A stretch of 64,000 bases of DNA. Origin: Raillietiella orientalis. Its lineage: Eukaryota. The position numbers and the translations under genes were made by a program. The stretch lies in assembly GCA_036172245.1 (NCBI GenBank), contig JAYWIR010000034.1, forward strand, positions 1,550,001-1,614,000. The letters run 5' to 3'. Below, in pieces: positions 1 to 10,920 of this stretch; position 1 is the first letter of the stretch; every line of letters starts with the position of its first letter. The notes beneath the pieces were generated by a model. The model did not search any database. It was not told where the DNA came from and worked only from the letters and a program-made list of their open reading frames with translations.

Positions 1-1337
1 GCTGGCACTGTGTGCCAAGCTTTAGACTTCCCCGTTCTGTGCTTCTGCTCTCATCCTCCTACGTAGGTGCGCCGGCAGTGAAGGACTTCTTTCGTTGATA
101 CCAGGCAGGCGCCACAGAAAGCAGGGGTTCGGCTATCCTTCGAGGCAACTCGCCCCACTGCTGGAAGCCCAATCGTGGATTTCCTGCCTCCCAATAAACT
201 TTAATGCTTGGCGGCAGGAATCTGTTGAGTCTTGGGTTGCATTCCAGGGAATGCGCCACGAAGATCTTCGCCCCTTGAGTCAATTCCTACCTCAGTCACT
301 TCAAGAGGTGATGCAGGACGAGGTGAAGTTTTCCACCCTGACCGCCACGCCTCTTGCCGCAGCGCTGCCTCAGGGCAAGAGACGACAGCAGGCGGCGAGG
401 TGTAAGGTTTCTGCACCATCATGGGAGACGAGCGAGCTGGCGGATGCTGCTACTCGGGCTGCGGTAAAGGGACTTCTTCGGTGGGGAGAAGTTCTTGGTG
501 TTGTCCCCGAGGAACTAATAGTCCCTTCCTGCTGTTTGGACAGTTCAGTGTTTCCCCTTGCCTGGAAGCAGGACGTTTTGCTCTTGCACTGGGGTTTGCG
601 CTACAATGAGCAGCGGCACCGAGTTTCCAGTGAAATGGCTTCCCCCTACTGTGCCCGGTGCGGGGCGGCGGAGTCATTCCTGCACTTCTTTTGGACTGCA
701 ATGCCCTCCACTAACTCTGGCGGAGGTGAGCAGCAGCACTCCTGCTACCGGGGGGCACTGCTCGTGAAATGCTGCGACGATTCTTCCAATCACAAGGACT
801 TTCGAAGGCAGAGATGATCTCGACCGTTGGTTGCATCCGCGCCGTCTTCACGGTCCAAGGCGTGCTGGAGAACACCGGGAAGCGTTGTCGTGTAACCAGG
901 AAGGCAGCCGACTTCATCAGCGCAACTGCTAGGTGGTATCATTTAATCGAAAACGTAACAGAAGAACTCACCAGCATCCATCTCCGGATTTCCTACGGTT
1001 TGGAACGACGATCCCAGTGATCTACGTCCATTCCCCTTTAATTTCATTTTTCTTTTCGCGCCCCATCTTCCATTCGCTCCGTAGCGTTTTTAGTGCTTTC
1101 ACTCTTGGTCTATTCCGGTGACTGCGGAGCGTCATCAAAGATCCCTGGCCCTTTCCTCCCATTCAGACTGTTCTTCTTTGTTGGTAGTCCCCTCCTCCCC
1201 CACCCGTTCCGCACCTTCCGTTTTCCTGGCCTGCGTGCCAGTTGTGTATTTCCGTTGTTTTTTGTGGTCATCGACTGGAAGCAACTGTTTCCAGCTGGTT
1301 TATGAAAATAAACGTCCCGGCATGACCGGGTAAGAAA
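1..1337 (+). mobile_element. Degenerate L1/Tx1-like non-LTR retrotransposon, 3' portion (ORF2 C-terminus with zf-RVT, 3'UTR, 3' end)
   Basis: ORF 95-817 has the zf-RVT-type motif YCARCGAAESFLHFFW. It is followed by a pyrimidine-rich UTR and AATAAA(1307)-cgt-cccgg-catga-ccggg-taagaaa. Paralogous to copies at 1676, 3435, 7086, 37376 and 37990. Confidence 0.8.
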
Positions 1338-1675
1338 TTTTAACGTTCGCCCGCAACTAGATGGGCGGATTCATGAAGACGATCTGGTCAACAAGGTGCT
1401 GCAGTGCACACATGTAACTTGTTGACCAGTGAACCGGGAATGGGTGACGGCATCGACCACGTGTTCCTTGACCAGCACCTGTGCTCCCGTGAGGGCAGGC
1501 ACGGCAAGTTACCGTGGGAGCTGTCCAACCATCGCCCGATCGTGCTCGAGATTCATCCGCGCGACAGGGCCCCCTCTCGTCAGCGTGCCATCTTCCAGGG
1601 GACTGGCTGAAGCTCCCGGACGCTGCGGAACACCTCCGCGCGTTCATACGGAGCTTCAGGATGCGGACGCTTCCT
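1335..1675 (+). mobile_element. AP-endonuclease fragment of the same non-LTR family
   Basis: (N)FNV (GDFN-like), GIDHVFL (RID-like) and SNHRPI (SDH-like) motifs. Nucleotide similarity of ~1425-1480 to ~8760-8820. Confidence 0.7.
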
Positions 1676-3430
1676 TTACACCCGGGTGCGCCGGGGCGTT
1701 TATTCTTTCGAATAAAATCTCTATATAAATTCTGTGATTGGACCACTGGTCCAGCCACGCCCTAGATGTTGGCTGCCTGCCGGATCCCCAGTGCACAGAC
1801 CGGTGCGATTCACCTCGGCAGCAGTGGGGAGGGGGCAAAAAACAAAACTGGGGAAAGAGCGGGAAGGGATCGCAGTCTGCTGGGAGGGTCCGTCACATCC
1901 TCTGGAGGATGCCGGTAAGCTGTTGCTGGATACTGGCTTCCAGATGGGGCCATCGCATCGCCATCCTCAGGAAGCGGACGGCGTATTCACAGGCATCCCT
2001 GTCGCTGGGTCCTCCCGTCGCGTTGCTCCAACGATCCCACGTAGGCAGCACAAGGCTGCTAGCGAGGCCGCTGGAGGCAGAGCATCTCGGACGAAAAGGG
2101 GTCTCATAGAGTCTCTGGGGTGGCCTCCGGAAGTTCCCAGGGGCGCGGCAAAGTGTTCCCACAGGGGCCGGAAGTCAGCACAATCCAATAACAGGTGGAA
2201 GAGGAATTCCCTCTCCCCGCATCTAACACAATTGGGGTTGATACCCCCGCGCGTCAAGTGGTGGCGGCAGGCGTTGCATGAGGGACCCCAATGCCGCACC
2301 GGAAGCGCAGACTACTGCCACTTCATGGGGATGGTGCGCGTATCCATGAGCACCGGGGGTCACCGGAACATCCAGTAGCTCGCCGCAGCGCAAGAGTCCG
2401 TGTGGGGTGGTATTCGGGGTCGCAGCGCTGGTGAGCTCATCCGTTCTGCATTCCCCTATCTTCTTCTCCGTCCCGGAGATCTTGATGTTAACCTCCCATT
2501 CTGCCGCGATGTCACTGCCCAGATGTTCCCTGAGGGAAGGCAGCGCCGCAGCAAGGGGGGTTCTTCCTGCCCACGCGCTCCTTTCGGGGATCCTCCAGGA
2601 TCCCTCCAAGAGTACACTTCCTGTGCCGCGCGAACAGGAATCTTCGCACATGTTCCGCGCGTTGCTCGTGGATCCTCTCCCACAGGAGGACGGTTTCCTG
2701 AAGCTAGGCACTACCGTTCGAGAGGCGGATAGAGATCCATCCCGGATTGGTCTTCGTGAGTTTGGCCGCCTCCCGAAGCTGGAGTCCGCAGTGGCAGATG
2801 GGACTTCGGAGTGCAAGGTAGGACGAGAGTCCCGTCTTGCCGGTGGCCTGCTCGACGAGGAGACGTGCAGGGCCGCACCAAGTGGTGCTCCAGTTCTTCG
2901 CCATAAAGGCAAGTATTCTGAACTGGAGCTGACGCTCCAGCAGCTCCAGCGACAGGAGGCCGAGGCTGCCGTCCCAACGCAGGGAGCACATGTCAGCAAG
3001 ACGGACTCGGGGCCTCCCTCTGCCCCAAAGGGCGATCCTGAAGAGGTCCTTCGTCCTCTTTTTCGACTCCGCTGAGGGGGGAACACAAAAGGCAAGGGGC
3101 AAAGAAGGGGGACTGTAAACGCGTTCCACACCGCGGACCGTTTCGGCTGGAAAAACCTTCCACCTTGGAAAGGGACGATCGCCGTCTCTACCTTCTGGAG
3201 ACAGCTGGATCACGCATCCGAAGGGAGATAATCCCCCAACGGTACACCGAGGTACTTAAAGTACCGTACCGTGGGAATCCCAAAGTGGATCCAGTCCAGC
3301 TGTCCTGCCCACGCCGCACCGACTGGCATCACAGACAACTTCGCCCTGTTCACCCTTAGGCCTGTTCCCCGACTTAGCAGATCGAAGAAATCCTCGACTG
3401 CGGAAGCCGGGGTGGACATGGGGAGTGTCC
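1676..3430 (-). mobile_element. Degenerate L1/Tx1-like element, RT C-terminus to 3' end (internally deleted or composite)
   Basis: GLRVNRAK...FKYLGVPL (3430-3210), FRILAFMAKNWSTTW, NCVRCGEREFLFHLLLDC (zf-RVT). 3' motif aataaa-cgccccggcgcacccgggtgtaaa at 1704-1676. Confidence 0.8.
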
Positions 3431-3434
3431 ACCG

Positions 3435-5340
3435 GTACGCAGACCAGAAAAACGGAAATTCCGCAACGGGGAAGGAACAGGGGTAGAACATAAATGAAAC
3501 CAAAAAAAAAAAAAAAACGGGAGGGAAGGTGCACGGATCTTTGGTGATGCTCCGTAATCACCGGGATAAAAACAAAAGCCAAGAAAGTTACGCAGAGTTA
3601 GGGAACGAGAGTTTTGAAAACTAAATAACTAAATAAAGCAAGGAAAGGGACAAGGCTCACCGGGTTCGCTGTTCCAAACCGTCCATGAAACGGCAATAGA
3701 TGCCTGTGATCTCCTCTTTTGTTTCTTCTCTCAGGTGAGGCCACCTGGCAGTCTCCCCGATGTAGATGGTCGCCATCCTGATGACCTTTCGCTTGCGAGT
3801 GATTACCAGCGCCTGTCAAGCTGTAACGATGGAGCGGATGCAACGCATGTTTGCGATGATTGCGCCCGTCGAGAGACCTCTCGGCGCGAAGAACCGCCGC
3901 AGCACGTCTCTTGTGGTATCCTCCTGGTGCGAGAGTGCTGTTGCCAGCCTCCGCCAGAGTTTTCGTAAGGTATCTCAGTCCGGAAGTAGGAACGGAATCG
4001 ACTCCTTCGCCCCGCACCTGCCACAGTTCGCGGACACAACCCAACTGGAAACTCGATGCCGTCGCTCGTTACACTGGAATTCCCAGTGACTGAAGAGCAG
4101 TACGGCCTGTTTCCAGGCAAAGGGAAGAACAGTGAAGCGTTTACACAATTTGGAGGAACTACTGGTGCCTCGGGGGCAACATTAAGTTATCCCTTTGCCA
4201 TAGCACGAGGAGTGTCAGTATCCTCCAACTCGCTCGTCTTCCAGTCGCCGAGGAGTTTTCTTCTTCCCATGATGGTACAGGAAACCTTCCACCTCGCCGG
4301 TAGGCTGCTGTCGTCTCTTGCCCTGAGGGCAGACAGCGCTGCGGCAACAGGCGTGGCGGCCAGGGTGGAAAACTTCACCACGTCCTGCATCACCTCATCT
4401 GCGGTCGTGGTAGAAGATGTCGCAAGGGGCGAAGATCTTCGGGGCGTATTTCCTAAAACGCAGCCCAGGACTCAACCGCCTCCTGCAGCCAAGCGTTGAA
4501 GTTTATTGGGCCGCAGGAGATCCACGGATGGGCTTCTAGAATTGAGGTGAGTTTTTTCAGGCAGAAGCCGAAACCCCGCATTCTGTGGTAAGTACCTGGC
4601 ACCAGAGAGAACAGTCCTTAGCTACCGAAGCATCTCCGCAGGGGGGATGCGTGTAAGCACACACATCGGGGAATTCCACAGCCTGGCACATAATGCCAGC
4701 ATTCCGAACTGCATTTGCAGCCGGGTTTGCTCCAGCCTCAGGATGCCTAAGCCGACATCCCATCGCAGTGCCGACAGGTCCTGGAGGCGCATCCTTGACC
4801 TCGCAGGGCTCCACAGAGCGTTCCTTAGCAGGCGTCACGCCTGGAGCTTGGCCGAGTGGGGTCGCGGAGAAACAGAGAAGGTGGGGTGGTGGTCCCATGG
4901 AGGCCCGCTCTAGTAATACGAACCTACAACCTGGGAACGCGCCGATTGCCTTCGACCACGCTTCTGCCACACTGAAGTCGTTTAGCAAAACGCTAAGGTA
5001 CTTGAAGCACCTGCCCCACCCACGACGCATTCACCGGAGCGACCACGCTCTTGCTCCGGTTGGCACTCGCGCTCGCTCCCCGACGAATCAGCTTGAAGAA
5101 ATCTCCGAGGCTGTCCCCTGGAGCGGACATGGGTAACAGGAGAAGCAGGTTGTCTGCTCAGACGGCCACGGCCTATGTGTCCGGGCAGGAGCTTGGCCGG
5201 TCAGCCTGTATGCCTTCAGCACCAACTCGAAGAAAGCTCTCCCTGCTCTGGCATTCGATTACGCGCCTTCGCCAGGCAGGCTTGCGTTTTCGCACGAGTG
5301 GCTCAACGCTCATGCAGTCGGACTCCCGATCAGAATCCGA
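3435..5340 (-). mobile_element. Degenerate L1/Tx1-like element, RT domain to 3'UTR
   Basis: Decayed YADD (*ADNLLL, ~5165-5140), FKYLSVLL, zf-RVT remnant at ~4040-3980. 3'UTR at 3435-3575 is the reverse-complement homologue of 1100-1240. Confidence 0.78.
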
Positions 5341-5589
5341 CTGCAGAAAGCAGGTGACCCACTTTGCCTGCCTCTCAGATTGCTGAGAGACATCGACTAC
5401 CTTGCTTTGAGCGTTTTTTGCTGCTGCACTTGGAGTCATTTTCTCTTCAGCAGCGGCAGCAGCCACCTGTTTCGTACGCGAGAGGACGACGGCGCAGGAA
5501 TGAAGAGCCGCAACTTTTTTTTTCGAATACTTCTTCGCACGTTGCTTTCGATTCCTTTCCTTCAAGATGAGAAGCCGGAGGGAATTGGC

Positions 5590-7085
5590 CAGCTCCTTCC
5601 ACTGCTTTTTTACCCCTTACCTTGTCCAGCCTTCCTCATCGTCGCCGTAGTTTTCTCCGTCATCCGGAGATGGTGTTGCGTCGGCGAGCGTCAGAGGGGC
5701 TGCCTTCACTGCGGCTAGGAGCGCTGCCTCTGCGCCGACGGGAGGCATCGTGGCGCGGGCATTGAGCGGCGATTCGCCATCGTTACACGCACTCCAGCCA
5801 GCCTGCTGTGTATGTCTTCGTAGGACATGGGCAGCCTCCGCATTGCGTGGACGGCGGCGAATAGTTCCAGGACCACAATCACCTGCCGGTTCTTTATGAT
5901 GTCCTCCATCGCACTAATTCCGACCACGAACGATTGGTCCTCCTCTGAGGGGAAAATCTCATGCCCATGAATGGTTAGCGGGGTGTGCAGCAAGCGCTGC
6001 GTAAGGTGGGCGTAGCTTCGGGACAGTCTTCAGTACCCGTTGCCACTCATGGGCATCAGGGAGCTCAGCTGGCTGGCTCTTTGGAACTCCGATTCGGTGG
6101 AGTTCTAGGCCAGACTTGCGCCCAACTCGCTCTGGCATGAGGTGGCTCACCTTATTCCTCAGCACAGTCTTGTAGCCATTTGCTACGTAAGACTGCAGCT
6201 CAGGGCTGTCGAGAGATGATCCCTGAGCTGCCGCAGGGACCTGGGCAAGCGTTCTCGCCGGTGGCGAGACGAGTCGCGCCTCTGTCGCAGGTATCTTCGC
6301 TCCCTCGGGGATGGAAACGATTTCCGCCACAATCGCATTCGTCTTTTTCGGGTCCATCCTTGCCAAAAGCACAAGCATTGGCACAACGGAAACAGCAGGG
6401 CGAGGGAAGCGAGCGAAACACACGTTCGCTCGCCGTGCAAAGGGAGGAAGAACTGCGCGACTCGCTTGACGGCAGCGAGGATGCCGCCGCCTTCGAGCAG
6501 GCGACGGAAGATCTCAAGGCCCCGCTACGGGAACGGGAGGAAGTCGCGCGAAAGGCCTTGCGAAGGCCACCTGCGCGAAAGACTCCGGAGGCAGCAGACT
6601 CCCAACCGGATGCTACCCAGAAACGCATCTTTCTCCGAGGAGAGGTCCCCGTGGAAATCTAAACGGAGGTCCAAGAACCCCAGGAGGCGCATTCCGCCTC
6701 GCAGAGAAAGAGATGGACCGGCAGCCGAAAGGGAAGCCTGTAGCATGTGGGCGGAGGAAAGGAATCCCCCACGTCTCGACGACGGGACGCAGGCGACCCC
6801 CATGGAGGAGGGGGAGAAGAGGCAACAGGTAGGCCCCTGCCTGCGTGCCTGCAGACCAGGTGGCAGGAGATGTAACGCCAACTTTTCAGAAGTGACAGCT
6901 GGGCTCGCCTGTCGCCTTCGGATCCGCATGGCCTGTTGGAAAGTCAACGGGCTGCATGACGACGACAACAGACGAGACACGGTCGCCACCCTGAGAGAAT
7001 TCGACCTGGCGCTTCCGCAGGAGATCCGTTTGATCACGGCGGAAGACGTCCAGGAGATCGAGAGGATCGCGGGGGCACGGCTGCT
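5590..7085 (+). mobile_element. 5' part of a non-LTR element: ORF1 remnant (zinc-knuckle-like GCLHCG, charged helical region) and start of the AP endonuclease; interrupted by an opposite-strand segment at ~5750-6390
   Basis: LRIRMACWKVNGL...DLALPQEIRL matches the APE N-terminal W-N-V-N-G and QE motifs. It stops at the 3' end of a minus-strand copy at 7086. Confidence 0.65.
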
Positions 7086-8490
7086 TTTCACCCGGATGCC
7101 CCGGGGTGTTCACTATACATTATCTGGTAACAAAGTTCCCAGACAAAGGGTACAGAAGATCGAAGGGAGGGCTCTCCGACAAGCAGGTCGGTAAAACCGA
7201 AAGTCCGGAACGGGAGGGAAGGGATCACAAATAAATATAAAGAAAACATAGAAACAAAGATATGCGGGGCTTCGGTAGTTCCTTCCTTTCAGAACCGGCG
7301 TTGGATGCTGGAGATCTCCTTCCTTACACCTTCTGGAAGATGTGGCCACCTGGCAGACGTTGTCATGTTGTCATCGGCGATTGTGGTGGTTTTCCGAGGG
7401 ATCACCTGCGACTCCAGCTGGCAGCGGGCCGTAACGATGGCGCGGTTGCAACAGATCGTTGCGATGATCGCACCTAACTACAGGCCACCTGGCGTGAAGA
7501 CGCGGCGCATCAAAATCCTTGTGGTGTCCCCCTGGTGCAGGAGAGCTGAGGCCAGCCTCCCCCCCCAGTTCTTGTAGAACACCGCAGTCGAAAAGCAGGT
7601 GCGGGAGCGTTTCTGCTGCTCCACACCTTTTACGGTTCGGGAAGGCAGCTCCCCAGAAACAACGTTGCTGCGCTGGTTGCAATGGAAGCCCCAATGCACC
7701 AGCAAAAGCACGTCCTGCTTCCATGGAAGGGAGAACACAAAAGTGTCCACGCACGAGGGAGGGAGCACCAGTTCTTCGGGGGCACACTCAGGAGTTCGCT
7801 CCACCGAAGGAGTCCCTTAGGAATATGGCGAGGCGTCTGCCAGCTCTCTGGTTCTCCAGCCGCCCATGGGTCGGGTTGCTACTGCGATCGTGCTGGCGAC
7901 CTCCCACCCCGCCGGTAGGCAACTGTCATCTCCTGCCCTGAGGGCAGACAGCGCTGCCGCAAGGGGCGGGGCGGCCAGGCTGGTCCACTTGCCCTAGTCT
8001 CGCATCACATCCTCCAAGGAAAGATAGAGGGAAAGGTGCACGCAACGAAGCTCAATTAGCCACACTTTCCGATGCCTTGCCCAGGACGATGGCGCTTCCT
8101 GCCGCCAGGCGTTAAAGTTTGTCGGGCGGAAGGAGATCCAAGAATTTGCTTCCGGGAACCTGTTAAGCTGCCTCAGTGGTCAGCCGAAGCTTCTAGTGGC
8201 GCGCTCGGTGTGCGGCAGCAACGAAAGCAGTCCTTCGCTGCCGGTAGCAGGCGCGCGTGAGCAAACCACGGTGTCGACCACAGTTTGGCACAAAGTGCCA
8301 ACATCCGGAACGGCACTTGCAGCCCCATCCTGTCCAACGTCAGGATGCCTGAACCCGCATCCCGATGCGGAGCCTCCAAGGGGTGGCTACTGAGGCGATG
8401 CAGCTTTCACAACACCCTCGTGGTCGCGTTCTCTATGATACCAGCCGTCAACGCGGCTGCGTGGGAGTGCGCTTCTAGGAGGACGGTCGG
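7086..8490 (-). mobile_element. Degenerate L1/Tx1-like element, 3' portion
   Basis: GILTLDR...FRMLALCAKLWSTPW, KRCGAAETLPHLLFDC (zf-RVT), LPWKQDVLLL..HWG shared with copy 1-1337. 3' motif agtgaa-caccccggggcatccgggtgaaaa at 7115-7086. Confidence 0.8.
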
Positions 8491-8499
8491 GTCGGCCAG

Positions 8500-9050
8500 C
8501 TAATTGTCATGTGAAGGGACTCGATCGAGCTCATGGTGACAAACGTGTACGCTCCCATCGTCAGTAGCAGGTACGGAGAACCAATACGGTTTTCGAAGGT
8601 TGAAGCGTGAGTGGCTGGCGGGGGCAAATGTGCGCAGGGCTCACCTGGTAGATGCGGATTTCACCCTCCGTCGGTTGTCAGGTGCGCTTTGCACACAGTT
8701 AACCGCGGCCTAACGTGCTGTGCGCGCCGATGGGTGCGAGTAGGACAGCCGGGACAGTTGGAGGGACAACCGGGAATGGAGGACAGCGTCGACCACGCGT
8801 TCGTCGACAATGACCTTAGTCCACGGGTCGTAAAACGAGGTGGGGTGGACCCTGTCCGCTCATAACCGGCACGAAATCGATGTCAGCACAGGCGACAAGG
8901 GACCCTCCTGCTAGGCGTGGCATCTCCCGAAGGATTGGATGAACATCCCTGGTGCCTCACAACTTCTCCGAGACTTTTTGAGAGACATTACCCTCCAGAA
9001 TCTTGCGGAATGCAATCGTCTCGTTGCTCTAGGAAACTCCGGGCACCTTC
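8500..9050 (+). mobile_element. AP-endonuclease continuation (probably the same element as 5590-7085, split by the 7086-8490 insertion)
   Basis: MVTNVYAP (N-V-Y-A-P motif), SVDHAFVD. Similar to 1335-1675. Confidence 0.65.
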
Positions 9051-9149
9051 AAATATCAGCACGCACAGTGATCTGTTTATCGAAGTGTTTTTCCAATTTC
9101 GAGTGGTCGTTTTTAAAGACGAACTCGCTTTTCATGCATGATGGAAGTC

Positions 9150-9720
9150 TGAATTCTTTTTTTCTTTTTTTTAGCGTGTGGAATTTCTCCACTGTTTCTT
9201 ACCGTGATGTGCTGCAAATTACAGTTTCAGTTTTCATCATCTTCCGGTTGAGAGTTTTGGTATTTTCCTCCGCATATCTACTTTTTTTGTATCTAGCTTG
9301 GAGTGTTCCCAGAACACGGAACACTGCGCTGCGTGCAGTGTTCCGTGCACGCAGCGGCTCTGAGGATTCACTTCACGACCGCACGCCATCCACATCCAAC
9401 GGAGCAACCTTTCCGATTGATGTTCGGTGTTCTCTCGAGACACGCATTGCACGGAACGAACAGAGAATAAGAGGCTGCTGAGAAGTACCGAAAAGGTTTG
9501 AAGCTTTGGTAGCTAAACTTCAGCTTAGGCGCTGGTTGAATTTGGAGCAGGAGCCAAACAAGAGAGTATTGCCAGTTGCGTCTAGCTTGATATCGTTGTG
9601 GTCGTCGGCATTTCCTGTTGACAAGCCTTCACGAGGTTGTATCTTCACTTGGCACCAGCTACAGCATCCATTCCCGTGCTTCTCCGCAACTCGAGAGCAA
9701 TTGAATAACCCACTCGAGAG
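9150..9720 (-). mobile_element. hAT transposase fossil, N-terminal BED zinc finger region
   Basis: GCCSWCQVKIQPREGLSTGNADDHNDIKL resembles the BED pattern C-x2-C...STxNLxxH. The downstream frames are decayed. Confidence 0.45.
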
Positions 9721-9734
9721 CAATTCCCTTCACC

Positions 9735-9968
9735 TCACCTGATCTGACCCCTGCTGACCTGAACCCATCTAACCTAACCAAGAGGAGTTTCACAACACCT
9801 CAGCAGAACTAATCTATCGTGAGCTCACCTAACCTGACCTCCGCTGACCATACATAATTCAAAATAACCTCATCATACCTCAGATAACCTGACTTCACTT
9901 TACATAAACTGTACTAATTTCACATCATCTAACCTGACCTAACCGAACCTACCCTGAAACCGAACCTA
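9735..9968. repeat. Degenerate (AACCT)n / (TTAGG)n-like pentamer tract
   Basis: Many aacct/gacct/cacct units, e.g. ctaacctaacc and aacctgacctaaccgaacct. Confidence 0.7.
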
Positions 9969-10529
9969 TCCTGAAAAAGAAGTGGAAAAGAAGTATGGTT
10001 TTATACACTGATCCATTTCGGGAAAACTTTTCCGAGAATATGCAATCACCAACATCGTGCTCATGAGCTTACTTGTTGCAGGCAGGGAGAGGCACAAACC
10101 ACGTATTTCAGGAAACCCCGTACTCCACGAACTGCTGTTGTGCTGAAGAAATTCACGCTCCCGTAATTCCCGATGGCGGGACTTGGATGTGCTACGGCTG
10201 ATCTGGAAGGTGTGAAGGGAATCAGGCGTGCATATGTACGATGTTCCTTCAGGAAATGGAAGACGCATGCTTTGGATGTCCCCGTCTGACCAACTCCGTT
10301 ACTAGGATATAGCTAACAGACGATGAATCTGCCGATATACGAAACCAAAACAAGTAAACAGACAAAGGGGAGAAATAATTTGCGATAATTGGAAAAAGGA
10401 AATAGAAAAAGTTGCAGCGTTGTCATCAAGAAAATGATAACATTTCGGTTAGTTCACATGTTTCTGTATATCACTTTGCAGAGCACCAGCCTGAACTTTC
10501 ACTTGCCGAATGCATTGCTTTAGCTTCTT

Positions 10530-10920
10530 CTCCTCACTGGATTTTGTCTGACGTCATCGCGGCCACTTCTATGTTCCGCAACGATGCTCGTTGCTTAGCA
10601 AAGGAGGATTTCTCCTTCGGAAGCAACCTGTGCTGACGTGAAGTTGGTTGTTGGATCGGCTCACGGATTTCGTTCAAAAGATCGCAACCCGAAGTATCGT
10701 ACTGCTGCTGAATCAAGTCCGAAACTACATGGGCATTGCTTGTGAATTGGAGACTTGGTACGAGACACTGAATCGATCCGGAAGTAATTCGCATCTCTGT
10801 GAATCCGGAACTTCGGATTTGCTTCCGAACCAACCGGAAAGCTATTCTTATCGCTTCTGAATCCGAAACACAGTATCCTACTCCAAAGGTATTCCTGAAG
10901 TATCTCTGTATTCCCAACTG
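10530..10920 (-). mobile_element. Possible hAT transposase catalytic-region fossil
   Basis: YCVSDSEAIRIAF...SNAHVVSDLIQ resembles the hAT VTDNAxNM...CxAHxLNL pattern. Confidence 0.35.

Noticed and set aside
2407..3075. 222-aa plus-strand ORF and similar long ORFs in 1-9 kb
   Set aside because: These are antisense or alternate-frame shadows of decayed retroelement ORF2 in GC-rich DNA.
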